Assembly (NCBI GenBank): GCA_003696625.1
Contig: RFGR01000023.1
Location: 8,298 to 72,297, forward strand
Source: Planctomycetota bacterium
GTDB lineage: Bacteria > Planctomycetota > UBA1135
DNA: 64,000 nucleotides
Direction: 5' to 3'
Shown: piece after piece, positions 28,784-37,502 of the stretch
Position numbering within the stretch: position 1 is the first letter of the stretch
Layout of the letters: every line of letters starts with the position of its first letter
Position numbers and translations under genes: made by a program
Notes under the pieces: model-generated
What the model was told of the DNA's origin: nothing
What the model saw: the letters and a program-made list of their open reading frames with translations, nothing else
The model's database searches: none

Positions 28784-30571
28784 TCAATCCACCCGGATGT
28801 AGTCCGAAACCTCCTCAAGGCTGGTCACACCCTCCGCCAGACGCAGGCGGGCGGTGTCGTCGAGCAGATGGATGCCCAGGCCGCGCACCGCCTGCCGCAA
28901 ATCACGCTCGCTGGCGCTGTGGCTGATCAGGTCGGCCAGGTCCTCGCCGATCGGGACCACTTCGTAGAGGCCGACCCGGCCCTTGTAGCCCAGGCCGCGG
29001 CACTTCGGGCAGTCCGGCTCGCGGCTCGGGCCGTAGAGTTCGAGGTCGGGGTCGAGGCCGTGCCGCTTGGCGACGTCGGCCGGCAGTTCGACCCGCTGCT
29101 TGCACTCGGTGCACAGCCGCCGGACCAGACGCTGCGCCTCCAGCAGCCGCAGCGCCGGCCCGAGCAGGAAGGGCTCCACCCCCATGTCGATCAGGCGGTT
29201 GACCACCTGCAGGGCGCTGTTCGTGTGCAGGGTGGAGAGGACCAGGTGACCGGTGAGGGCGGCGCGCATGCAGATCTGCGCGGTCTCGGTGTCGCGCACC
29301 TCGCCGACCATGATCACGTCCGGGTCCTGACGCAGGAAGGCACGCAGGGCGCTGGCGAAGGTCATGCCGGCGCTGGCCCGCACCGGCACCTGGTTGAGCC
29401 CTTCGAACTTGTACTCGACCGGATCCTCGACGGTGACGATGTTGCGCCCCGGGTCGTTGATCAGGTTGAGGCAGGTGTAAAGGGTCGTCGACTTGCCGGA
29501 CCCGGTCGGACCGGTGACGAAGATCAGGCCGTGATGGGACTGGCCCGCCTCCATAAATGCCCGCGCCTGCTCCGCCGAGAAGCCGAGGTCCTCCATCCGC
29601 TCGGGGATGTTGCCCTTCTCCAGTACCCGCAGCACCATCTTCTCGCCGTAGACCGTCGGCACGGTCGAGGCGCGCAGATCGATGCGCTGGTCGCCGTCCT
29701 TCATCGTGATGCCGCCGTCCTGGGGTTTGCGCCGCTCAGCGATGTCCATCTTGGCCAGGATCTTCAGGCGGGACACGACTTGGCTGAACAAATGCCGCGG
29801 CGGCGGCGTCACCTCGCGCAGGTGGCCGTCGATCCGAAAACGGACCCGGACCGTCTTCTCGTAGGGTTCGAGGTGAATGTCGCTTGCCCCCTCCTCGACC
29901 GCCTGGATCAGGATCGTGTTGACGATGCGCAGGACCTGGCTGGCCTTGCCGGTCGGCAGGTTGCGCTTGAGATCGACGTCAACCGTCTCGTCCCGCTCCT
30001 CGATCGCACGGGCGTCGGCGTCCTCGCCGGACTCGAGGATGATCTCGCGCACCTTGTCGCTCTGGCCGAGAGCCTTGCCCAGATCCTCGTAGAGACGCAG
30101 AGTGGTGGCGTGCGGCACCACCGGCATGCCGACCGATAGACGGAGTTCCTCGATGGTGCTGAAGTCGGCTGGGTTCAGGCAGGCGACGTGAAGCATGCCC
30201 TCGCTGAGGTAGGCCGGGCGGATCTTGCGTTCGGCCGCCAGCTGCTCGGGCAACTCGACGCCGGCCTCCTGGATGGCGGCGGTCAGTTCCTCGATCCGAC
30301 CGATCCGTCGGGGCTCATTGCCCGGGAAGGAATCGATCAGGATCTCCTCGTCGGCCGGCAGTCTGTCGAGGTAGCTGATGCCGAGGTGCTCGGCGTAGGC
30401 CCGCGCCACCACCTCTTCGGGCACGACCCCGTCCCGTATCAGCAGGACTCCGTCCACTGCCATCCCCGGAGCCAGGGTGGAACGGAACCGCTCCAGGTCC
30501 TCCCCGCTGAGGTGGCCCTGGGCGAGGAGGAGGCGGACGATCAGGGGTTCCTTGTCGAGTTCAAGCGCCAC
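28784..30571 (-). CDS. Type II secretion / type IV pilus assembly ATPase (GspE/PilB family)
   Basis: Walker A GPTGSGKSTT, Asp box, Walker B MVGEVRD, His box LSTLHTN and tetracysteine CTECK...CPKCRG. The GTG start at 30571 is tentative. Confidence 0.9.
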   Translation of the reverse strand: MALELDKEPLIVRLLLAQGHLSGEDLERFRSTLAPGMAVDGVLLIRDGVVPEEVVARAYAEHLGISYLDRLPADEEILIDSFPGNEPRRIGRIEELTAAIQEAGVELPEQLAAERKIRPAYLSEGMLHVACLNPADFSTIEELRLSVGMPVVPHATTLRLYEDLGKALGQSDKVREIILESGEDADARAIEERDETVDVDLKRNLPTGKASQVLRIVNTILIQAVEEGASDIHLEPYEKTVRVRFRIDGHLREVTPPPRHLFSQVVSRLKILAKMDIAERRKPQDGGITMKDGDQRIDLRASTVPTVYGEKMVLRVLEKGNIPERMEDLGFSAEQARAFMEAGQSHHGLIFVTGPTGSGKSTTLYTCLNLINDPGRNIVTVEDPVEYKFEGLNQVPVRASAGMTFASALRAFLRQDPDVIMVGEVRDTETAQICMRAALTGHLVLSTLHTNSALQVVNRLIDMGVEPFLLGPALRLLEAQRLVRRLCTECKQRVELPADVAKRHGLDPDLELYGPSREPDCPKCRGLGYKGRVGLYEVVPIGEDLADLISHSASERDLRQAVRGLGIHLLDDTARLRLAEGVTSLEEVSDYIRVD

Positions 30572-31191
30572 GAAGCGGCCTCCACCCCTTCTTCGGCCGG
30601 ATCCGCCTCGGCCCCTGAGTCCGCTTGGGGCACGGGGTTGCCGGCCGGATCGGTCACCAGGACCAGCTTCCGGTGGTCGATCAAATCCAGAGCGAAGACC
30701 CGACCACGCCACTCGACTTTCACCGTCCGCCCGATGATCTGCTTGACGATCGGCGGGTCTTCAAGGCCAGGAAAGGAAATCGCTTCTCCAGGATCGCAGC
30801 GCTGCCCGTTTACGATGGCCGACGCCTGGTCCCCGGCCACCAGGGTGCTGTCCAGGGACAGGACCAGGGATCGAGCGGGGGCGGCGGATGCCGCCTCCTC
30901 GAAGCCTCCTTCGCTCTCGGTCGCCGAGCCCCCGGTCGCTTCGAGGAAGGTCTCCTCGGCCAGATCCCGTTCGGCCCGCTCCCTGAGGATGCGGGCCAGC
31001 CGGAACGGGTCCTCCAGAACCAGCTCCTCCAGCTCGCCGGCCGGCGCCCCCGGCAGCTCGGGGATCTCGGGGACGGCCCGGACCTCCGGCGGCTCGTCGA
31101 CCGGCGGCGTGGGCTGGGCGGCGCTCCAGCCGTACCAGGAGAGGACCGCGGCCACGACCAGAAAGCGATGCTTCTTCAGGGGGCCGATCAA
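30541..31191 (-). CDS. Hypothetical membrane-anchored protein in the PilP/GspC position
   Basis: TTG start overlapping the upstream stop. N-terminal TM FLVVAAVLSWYGW, acidic linker and C-terminal beta-rich region (VKVEWRGRVFALDL). Confidence 0.5.
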   Translation of the reverse strand: MIGPLKKHRFLVVAAVLSWYGWSAAQPTPPVDEPPEVRAVPEIPELPGAPAGELEELVLEDPFRLARILRERAERDLAEETFLEATGGSATESEGGFEEAASAAPARSLVLSLDSTLVAGDQASAIVNGQRCDPGEAISFPGLEDPPIVKQIIGRTVKVEWRGRVFALDLIDHRKLVLVTDPAGNPVPQADSGAEADPAEEGVEAASWRLNSTRNP

Positions 31192-31775
31192 GGCTCCACC
31201 TCCTCCGCCGTCCCATCCTCGATCAGATCTAGGGTGGAGGTTCCGGTCATGATTCGAACCTTGCAGTCCAGGACCAGGACTTCTTCCTCCTGGGACAAAG
31301 CGAAGTCATCGACCCGGATCAGGCGCCCGCAGGTCTCGAGCCGACGCAGGAAATCGGTGAGCTGGAGGAAGCTGCCGGCGGCGCGGACGCCGAGGTCGAG
31401 GATCTGGAAGTTGCCCGAGGACACCGCCTGACCCGGAGTGGTGCTCTGGAGACGGGCCCCGGATTCCTCGAGCTGCTGCTGGATGAACTCCTGCCAGGAA
31501 ACCGGATCGGCCTCTTCTTCCAGGAAGGGCCGATAGCGCTCGACCGCGGCCATCAACTCGGTAGCCTCCTCGAGCTGGCTCACGTTTCCCTCCAGCCGGC
31601 CGATCTCGGACCGGGCGTCGCCCAAGCGGGAGCCGAGGAAGAGGTCCACCGCCAGGCCAGCGGCTAGGATCAGGAAGGCCGTTGCCGCCTGGAAGGATTC
31701 CGCCGTCGCCGTCCAGCGCCGGATCAGGGCGGCGAGACGAAAGCGCGGACCGACTTGGTTTCCGTCGTTGGTCAT
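31188..31775 (-). CDS. PilO/GspM-like assembly protein
   Basis: Single TM ATAFLILAAGLAVDLFL, coiled-coil segment and C-terminal ferredoxin-like region (FLQLTDFLRRLE). Confidence 0.6.
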   Translation of the reverse strand: MTNDGNQVGPRFRLAALIRRWTATAESFQAATAFLILAAGLAVDLFLGSRLGDARSEIGRLEGNVSQLEEATELMAAVERYRPFLEEEADPVSWQEFIQQQLEESGARLQSTTPGQAVSSGNFQILDLGVRAAGSFLQLTDFLRRLETCGRLIRVDDFALSQEEEVLVLDCKVRIMTGTSTLDLIEDGTAEEVEP

Positions 31776-31778
31776 GCC

Positions 31779-33203
31779 TCAGCCCCCCCGCGGTTCGCAG
31801 TCGATCGAGATCACGGCGTAACTCTCCGCATCCTCCTCGATGAGCTGGACGCCGGCGCCGCGCACCCTGGGGAAGGCGGCCTGGATCAGTTCCGACTGTT
31901 GCAGGCTGCGGGTGATGGCATCCACCTCGGGCGGGACGCTGTCGTTCCCCGCCGGCACCCGGCAGCTCAGGTGGAAGAAGCGCTCGCCGTCGGAGTAGGT
32001 CGGCCCCTCCTCGCCATCGTCCTCTGCCCCGAGCAGGAGCGGGTAGCGGCCGATCAACGAATCCTGGCGGGCGGTATCCGGCAGGATCCGGGCGACCTCG
32101 GCGATCAGCGGGTGCCACCGAGCCCCGCGGGCCAGGAAGGCGTGGGCGATCCCGACCTCGAGCCTCAAGGCGTCGAGCAGGTCGCCGATTTCCATTTCCT
32201 CGATTCCGCATCGGGCGAGCAGCTCCTCCTGCTTCTGTTGGAGACGGGTCTGCTCCGCCCGCGCCTCCTGCCAGGCGCCGGCCAGCCACAAGGCCGAGGC
32301 GACGGCGGCGGCCGCCGCCGGCAAAGCCGAACGCCAGGGCAGCCGCGGCAGCCCGGTCTCCTCCTGGCCGGTGCTACGGAACACTTCGAGCGGAGGGCGC
32401 GCCGGCCCCTTCCAGGCCGCCGCGGCCAGGGCACGAGCCAGGAGTTCGGGACCGTAGGGCAGCTCCTCGGCGACCCGAAAAGCGAGGCCGGTCGGCTCGG
32501 CGCAGGCGGCGGCGTGTTCCTCTTGCTCCGGGCCGATGTGATAGAGCACGCCGTCGATCTTTTTCAAGCCGAGTTCGTCTCGGGCGTGGGCGAGCAGGCC
32601 CATCAGACCGGCGGTGACCTGGGCGCAGCTCGGCGGGTCATGGAGATTGAACACCCGGCGGGCGAGGAGGGCGTCCCGCTGCACGAGCAGGGCCATGCCC
32701 TGTCGGGGACCGGCCAGGACCCGGATGTGGCAGTTCCACCGCCGCGGCGTCGGCGACCTGCGGACGGCGTACTGGAGGAGAGCGTGCGAGGTCGGGATCA
32801 GCGGCCGGGCCGAGGCCGGCAGGGCCTGCAGCGCGCTGCGGACCTCTTCGACCAGGCTCTTCGGCCAGGCCAGGATCACGTGAAAACCGCGGCCGGCCCG
32901 GCAAGAGGCGACGTGCAGACCGCCGGCGACCTGCTTGGCCAGGTATTCGATGTACTGGTCTTGTTCGGCCTGGCTGGCCTGGCCGCGGCGGCAGACGAAG
33001 AAGTCCAGGTCGGGGTCGATGCCCAGGGCCAGCGGCCCCTCGAGTCTGCCCTCCTGAAGAAGGCGGGAGATCACTTCGCCGACCTTGTCGCCATCGAGGG
33101 GAACCTCCGCCAACGCCTGTCCCGGGCGAAGCACGGCGAGCCCGTCCCGGCGAAGGAGGACGCCGGTGCGGGCGGTGCGATTACGTCCGAGCAGACGGGG
33201 CAT
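31779..33203 (-). CDS. GspL / PilM-PilN-like bitopic assembly protein
   Basis: ATG at 33203. Cytoplasmic actin-like region, TM SALPAAAAAVASALWLAGAW and PilN-like coiled-coil periplasmic part. Call supported mainly by gene order. Confidence 0.5.
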   Translation of the reverse strand: MPRLLGRNRTARTGVLLRRDGLAVLRPGQALAEVPLDGDKVGEVISRLLQEGRLEGPLALGIDPDLDFFVCRRGQASQAEQDQYIEYLAKQVAGGLHVASCRAGRGFHVILAWPKSLVEEVRSALQALPASARPLIPTSHALLQYAVRRSPTPRRWNCHIRVLAGPRQGMALLVQRDALLARRVFNLHDPPSCAQVTAGLMGLLAHARDELGLKKIDGVLYHIGPEQEEHAAACAEPTGLAFRVAEELPYGPELLARALAAAAWKGPARPPLEVFRSTGQEETGLPRLPWRSALPAAAAAVASALWLAGAWQEARAEQTRLQQKQEELLARCGIEEMEIGDLLDALRLEVGIAHAFLARGARWHPLIAEVARILPDTARQDSLIGRYPLLLGAEDDGEEGPTYSDGERFFHLSCRVPAGNDSVPPEVDAITRSLQQSELIQAAFPRVRGAGVQLIEEDAESYAVISIDCEPRGG

Positions 33204-33286
33204 GGTTCCCGAGGGGGAGATCCTGCGGAACCCCCGCCCTTCTTCGGCGAAGTCGGCGGCCTGGCTGAACGGCGGACGGGAAAGAG

Positions 33287-33314
33287 AGCCGCGGCCGGTC
33301 GCCCGGCCGCGGCT
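33287..33314 (-). terminator. Hairpin (attenuator or partial terminator) between the major pilin gene and the assembly genes
   Basis: Perfect 12-bp stem AGCCGCGGCCGG/CCGGCCGCGGCT with loop TCGC, followed on the minus strand by CTCTTTCC. Confidence 0.5.
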
Positions 33315-33355
33315 GATCACCCAAGGAGAGTCGGACTCCTCGGAATCTGGATCCC

Positions 33356-33769
33356 CTACTTGACCGGGATCAGGTCGTCCTTGATCGAGCTGGCCTTCTC
33401 GTTGAAGCCGTTCTGGTCCCAGACGACGGTGTAGTTGCCGAAGCCGCCGGACGCGCCGCTGCGGGTCAGCTTCATCTGCCACGCGGTCTGCCAGTTCGAG
33501 CTGGTGAAGTTGCCGACATTGAAGTGCTCGGGGCTGTCGATCGAGATGTCGAGGTCGCTCAGCTTCTTGCAGTACTCGCCGTGGCGGGCGGCGTAGCGGG
33601 CCTGCGCGGCCTCGATCTGCGCCAGGTAGGAGAAGGCCTCGCTGGCCTTGCTCCGCTCGACGGCGGTCTGGTAGCGCGGGACGGCGAGCATCGCGAGGAC
33701 GCCCAGGATCACGACGACGATGGTCAGTTCGACGAGGGAGAAACCCTTCTTGTTCTTGGTGAGAGTCAT
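33356..33769 (-). CDS. Major (pseudo)pilin, type IV pilin/GspG-like
   Basis: MTLTKNKKGFSLVELTIVVVILGVLAMLAVPRY is a classic prepilin leader with a Glu5 helix. It is the first gene of the operon. Confidence 0.88.
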   Translation of the reverse strand: MTLTKNKKGFSLVELTIVVVILGVLAMLAVPRYQTAVERSKASEAFSYLAQIEAAQARYAARHGEYCKKLSDLDISIDSPEHFNVGNFTSSNWQTAWQMKLTRSGASGGFGNYTVVWDQNGFNEKASSIKDDLIPVK

Positions 33770-33890
33770 GGTTTTCGGTTTGGGGGTTCGTCCGGACAGG
33801 ACCGGAACTCGCGTTTCTGGCGCGCCAGGTGCGGGCCCCGGCGACTCCTAGGCCATCGGCCGATCCCCGACTCCTCCTTGAGCCGATCCG

Positions 33891-33919
33891 TTGTTTCGTT
33901 TCTAGAAAACAGATATAGG
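33891..33919 (+). promoter_or_regulatory. Candidate sigma70-type promoter for the cytochrome gene
   Basis: TTGTTT-17 nt-TATAGG inside the only AT-rich patch of the 225-bp intergenic region, about 75 nt upstream of the ATG at 33995. Confidence 0.4.
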
Positions 33920-33994
33920 TAAACGACTATCTTGAGCCGATCTCCCGGCGGGCTAGGGGAGGGAAACGGTTTCCCCCCGACGGACCCCGAATCC

Positions 33995-36049
33995 ATGCCT
34001 GCCTCCCACTCCACCTCGGTTCTCCCCGGCGTGGCCGCCGCGGTCCTAGCCGCGGTCCTGGTCCTGCCCGCCTGCAACGACGACCAGTCGGCCTCGGCCC
34101 GCGGCGTCCACCCGGACGTCGTCTTGCGCGACCGGCTCGGCAATCCGCTGCCGGCCGGATCGACCGAGCCGTACAGCCCGCGCCGGTCCTGCGGCGCCTG
34201 TCACGACGTCGACCGGGCCGCCAACGGCTACCACTTCCAGCAGGGTCGGACCGACGCCGCCGGAAACATCGTCGTCGGCGACGATTTCTTCGGCGACGGC
34301 CGCGCCTTCCTGCGCTCGCCGGGCATGTACGGCAAGTGGTGACCGCCGGCCTCCGACTCCAGCCAGTTGGCTGGCAAGGACAACGACAGCGCCTCCGAAA
34401 TCGACAAGACCTCCTTCTTCTGGACCGGCATGTGCGGCGGCTGCCACCCGGGCGGCGGCCCCGGCGAATTCGACCGCGACGGCGAACTCTACTACGACGT
34501 CGCGACCGGCCAGTTCGGTTACGAGAAGCTCGGCCTGACCGCGGCCGACGTCGTCCTCGACGGCGACTACGCCTTCGTCAGCCCGCAGACCGGCGCCCTG
34601 ATGCCGGCCGCCTGGGACAAGACCGGCGTCTCCGAGCCGGACTGCTACCTGTGCCACAAACGGGATATCTCGGTGGCGAACGGTGTCGTCAACAACGCCT
34701 TCTGGCGTCAGGCCACTCTGCGCGGCATGGCCAACCTGGTCGACGATCTCGGCGCCACCGTTCCCGCCTTCGCCGCCGCCGCGACCGCCGGCGCCGGCTG
34801 GCACTCGACCTTCACGCTGGCCTCGCTGCCGCCCGGTTCACCGCCGACCGCGTCGGTGCTGCAGGTGAACTACCAGATCGGCCTCGACACCGGTGAGCTG
34901 CGGGTCAACGACCGCGGCAATCTGGTCCTCGCGGGCGCCGGGATCATCCACCGGCCGCGCGACTACGCCTGCTGGGGCTGCCACGCCATGGCCGATGCCA
35001 AGAAGCGCGGGCGCGAGTGGTTCGACCCGGACAAGGACGTCCACTACGCCGCCTTCAATCCGGGCGGCGAGCCGCTGACCAGCCAGGCCTGCACGACCTG
35101 CCACCCGGCCGACATGGACCACGACATCGGCAAGGGCAACGCCACCGCCGGCTCGGTCCGCAACGACACCGACTACGCCGGCCTCCGCACCTGCCGCGAC
35201 TGCCACCTGCCGGGGCCGAACAAGCACCCGCGGGCGCCGGCGCCGAGCGGCGGCCTGCACGACCTTGCCAACCACCTCGAGGTGATGTCCTGCGAGTTCT
35301 GCCACATCCCGTTCAAGGAGGCACCGGCCGACCTGGTGGTGGACAACTGCGTCACCGGCTCCTCGATCGGCTACCAGACCGACGCCTTCCTGTCGGCCGA
35401 TCCGCTCGATCCGACCGATCCCTTCGACGACCGCTGGTACCCCGCCTTTACCTGGAAGGTGGACAAGGACGGCGTCACCCGGCTGTTCCCGATCAAGGAC
35501 CTCCAGACCGCCTGGTGGGGGGATTGGGACGACAACGGCACCCCCGACAACTACGCCGACGACCTCATCCAGCCGCTGATCCTCTGGCGGGTCCGGCAGA
35601 TCACGGGCGGCGCCGCTCTGCCCGGCACCACCGACGACAACTCGGACGGCATCCTCGAGGTCAACAACGAGGCCGAGATCCTGGCCTACATCACCGCCCT
35701 CAAGGGCAACGACAGCTACGGCAACCAGGTCGCGGCGAGGCCGGTGATGGTCAAGGGCGGCAAGGTCTGGTACGAGGACGCCAGCCAGCCGTCCGGCGTC
35801 AACTTCTTCGAGTTGGAGGGCACCGGCCTCCGGGCGGAGAGCCACGCCCCCTTCGCCATCGACCACAACGTCCGCCCGGCCGCAGCCGCTCTCGGCGCCA
35901 ACGGCGACTGCGGAAGCTGCCACCGCGGGTTGAACGGCGGCCAGGAAGTGCCGGTGTTCGACCGCAAGATCCTGGTCGATCCCTTCGACCTGAACGGGGA
36001 CCCGGTGTACTCGACGCCGCGGGAGATGCTCGGCATCAATCCCTTCTAG
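33995..36049 (+). CDS. Octaheme c-type cytochrome lipoprotein with one in-frame TGA at 34340-34342 (selenocysteine/recoding candidate, or a disrupted gene)
   Basis: Lipobox VLVLPAC. Heme motifs CGACH, CGGCH, CYLCH, CWGCH, CTTCH, CRDCH, CEFCH and CGSCH. ORFs 33932..34342 and 34367..36049 are in the same frame, separated only by the TGA. Confidence 0.7.
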
Positions 36050-36074
36050 GCCTTCGCTGGACCAGCCGTGGTGA

Positions 36075-36102
36075 GACGCCCGGGGCTCCGGCGCCGGGCG
36101 TC
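36075..36102. terminator. Hairpin between the convergent cytochrome and malQ genes
   Basis: GACGCCCGG/CCGGGCGTC 9-bp stem with a 10-nt loop, followed by GATTCTTC. Confidence 0.4.
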
Positions 36103-36108
36103 GATTCT

Positions 36109-37500
36109 TCAGCCGAGCCGGTCGAAGGCGGCGGCGAGGCCGCGCAGGCGCCGGGCCAGCCCGGCGGTGGTCTGGCGGGCGCCGAGCCGCCAGCGCCAGT
36201 TGCCGTCGGCGGTGCCGGGGGTGTTCGTCCGCGCCTCGGAGCCGAGCCCGAGCAAATCCTGCATCGGCGCCACCGCCAGCGCCGCCGGCGAACCGTAGGC
36301 GGCGCGCAGCAGGTCGAGGTGGATGGTCGCCGGCGAGCCGCCGGTGTAGGCCAGGACCCGCTCCCGTTCCGGCCGGCCGAGGGCGGCGAACCAGCCGCGG
36401 GCGGTGTCGTTGTCGTGAGTGCCGGTGTAGACCACGGACCGGTAGGGATGGGCGTGCGGAAGCAGCCCCTCGGCCCCCGGCGCGAACGCCCACTGCAGCA
36501 CCTTCATGCCGGGCAGGCCGTGGGCGTCGCGGAGCCGCTCCACCGCCGGGGTGACCACGCCGAGATCCTCGGCGACCAGCGGCAGCGGGCCGCCGCGGCG
36601 GGCGGCGGCGAGTGCCGTCAGCAGCTCCCGGCCGGGGGTCCGCCCCCAGCGCCCGCGGCGGGCGGTCCGAGCCCGGGCCGGCACCTCCCAGGCCCGGACG
36701 AAGCCGACGAAGTGGTCGAGGCGGACCGCGTCGGCCCGCTCCAAGGCCAGGTCGAGCCGCCGGCGCCACCAGCGGAAGCCCTCGGCCCGGTGCGCCGGCC
36801 AGCGGTAGTGCGGGTGGCCCCAGCGTTGGCCGCTGCGGGAAAAGAGATCCGGCGGCACGCCGGTGACCACGGTCGGGCGGCCGTCGGCGTCGAGGCGGAA
36901 GAGATCCGGCCGCGCCCAGACGTCGGCAGAGTCGCGTTCGACGAACAGCGGCAGGTCGCCGAGCAGGCGGACGCCGCGGCGGCGGCAGGCACGGCGCAGC
37001 TCGGCCCAGCGGACGGCGAACAAGGCCTGCTCCAGTTCGTGCCGCTCGAGAGCCGGCCGCAGGCGCCGGCGGGCTGCGCGCAGCGCCTCCGGCCGCCGGC
37101 GGCGCAGCGGCTCCGGCCACTCCCACCAAGGGGCGCCGTCGTTCTCCTCCTTCAGGGCCGCGTACAGACACCAGTCGGGCAGCCAGTCGCGGTTCCGGCG
37201 CCGGAAGGAGAGCAGGTCGGACTCGCTCAGGGCGCCCGGCGCCGGGCGCCCGGGCCGGCGCGGATCCCGCAACAGACCCGGGTCGCCGGCGAAGGCCGAT
37301 GGGCTGCTGTAGGGGGATCCGCCCGGGCCCGGCGGACCGACCGGCAGGAGCTGCCACCAGCCCTGACCGGCCGCCGCCAACCAGTCGGCGAAGCGGGCCG
37401 CGGCGGGGCCGAGCGGCGGCCCCCAGGCAGCCGGCAGGGCGGCGATCGGCAGGAGGACGCCGGCCCGCCGGCGCTCGAGGACGGGATGCGGCCGCGGCAC
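36109..37500 (-). CDS. malQ: 4-alpha-glucanotransferase (amylomaltase, GH77)
   Basis: WQLLPVGP...SPYSSPSAF, GDLPLFV, TGVPPDLFS..GQRWGHP, VRLDHFVGF, VAEDLG and YTGTHDNDT signatures. GTG start at 37500 is tentative. Confidence 0.88.
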   Translation of the reverse strand: MPRPHPVLERRRAGVLLPIAALPAAWGPPLGPAAARFADWLAAAGQGWWQLLPVGPPGPGGSPYSSPSAFAGDPGLLRDPRRPGRPAPGALSESDLLSFRRRNRDWLPDWCLYAALKEENDGAPWWEWPEPLRRRRPEALRAARRRLRPALERHELEQALFAVRWAELRRACRRRGVRLLGDLPLFVERDSADVWARPDLFRLDADGRPTVVTGVPPDLFSRSGQRWGHPHYRWPAHRAEGFRWWRRRLDLALERADAVRLDHFVGFVRAWEVPARARTARRGRWGRTPGRELLTALAAARRGGPLPLVAEDLGVVTPAVERLRDAHGLPGMKVLQWAFAPGAEGLLPHAHPYRSVVYTGTHDNDTARGWFAALGRPERERVLAYTGGSPATIHLDLLRAAYGSPAALAVAPMQDLLGLGSEARTNTPGTADGNWRWRLGARQTTAGLARRLRGLAAAFDRLG

Positions 37501-37502
37501 CG

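Noticed and set aside
34340-34342. Genome-wide reassignment of TGA (genetic code 4 or 25) as the explanation for the in-frame TGA in the cytochrome gene.
   Set aside because: Many well-supported genes in this window terminate at TGA exactly where homologous proteins end, for example at 4588, 7972, 15858, 23123, 26021 and 27682. TGA is therefore a normal stop here. Only a local recoding event or a mutation fits.
33932-36049. Annotating 33932..34342 and 34367..36049 as two independent cytochrome genes.
   Set aside because: They share a frame. The second has only a TTG start and no signal peptide, which c-type cytochrome maturation requires. The gap is eight codons with no SD-like sequence.
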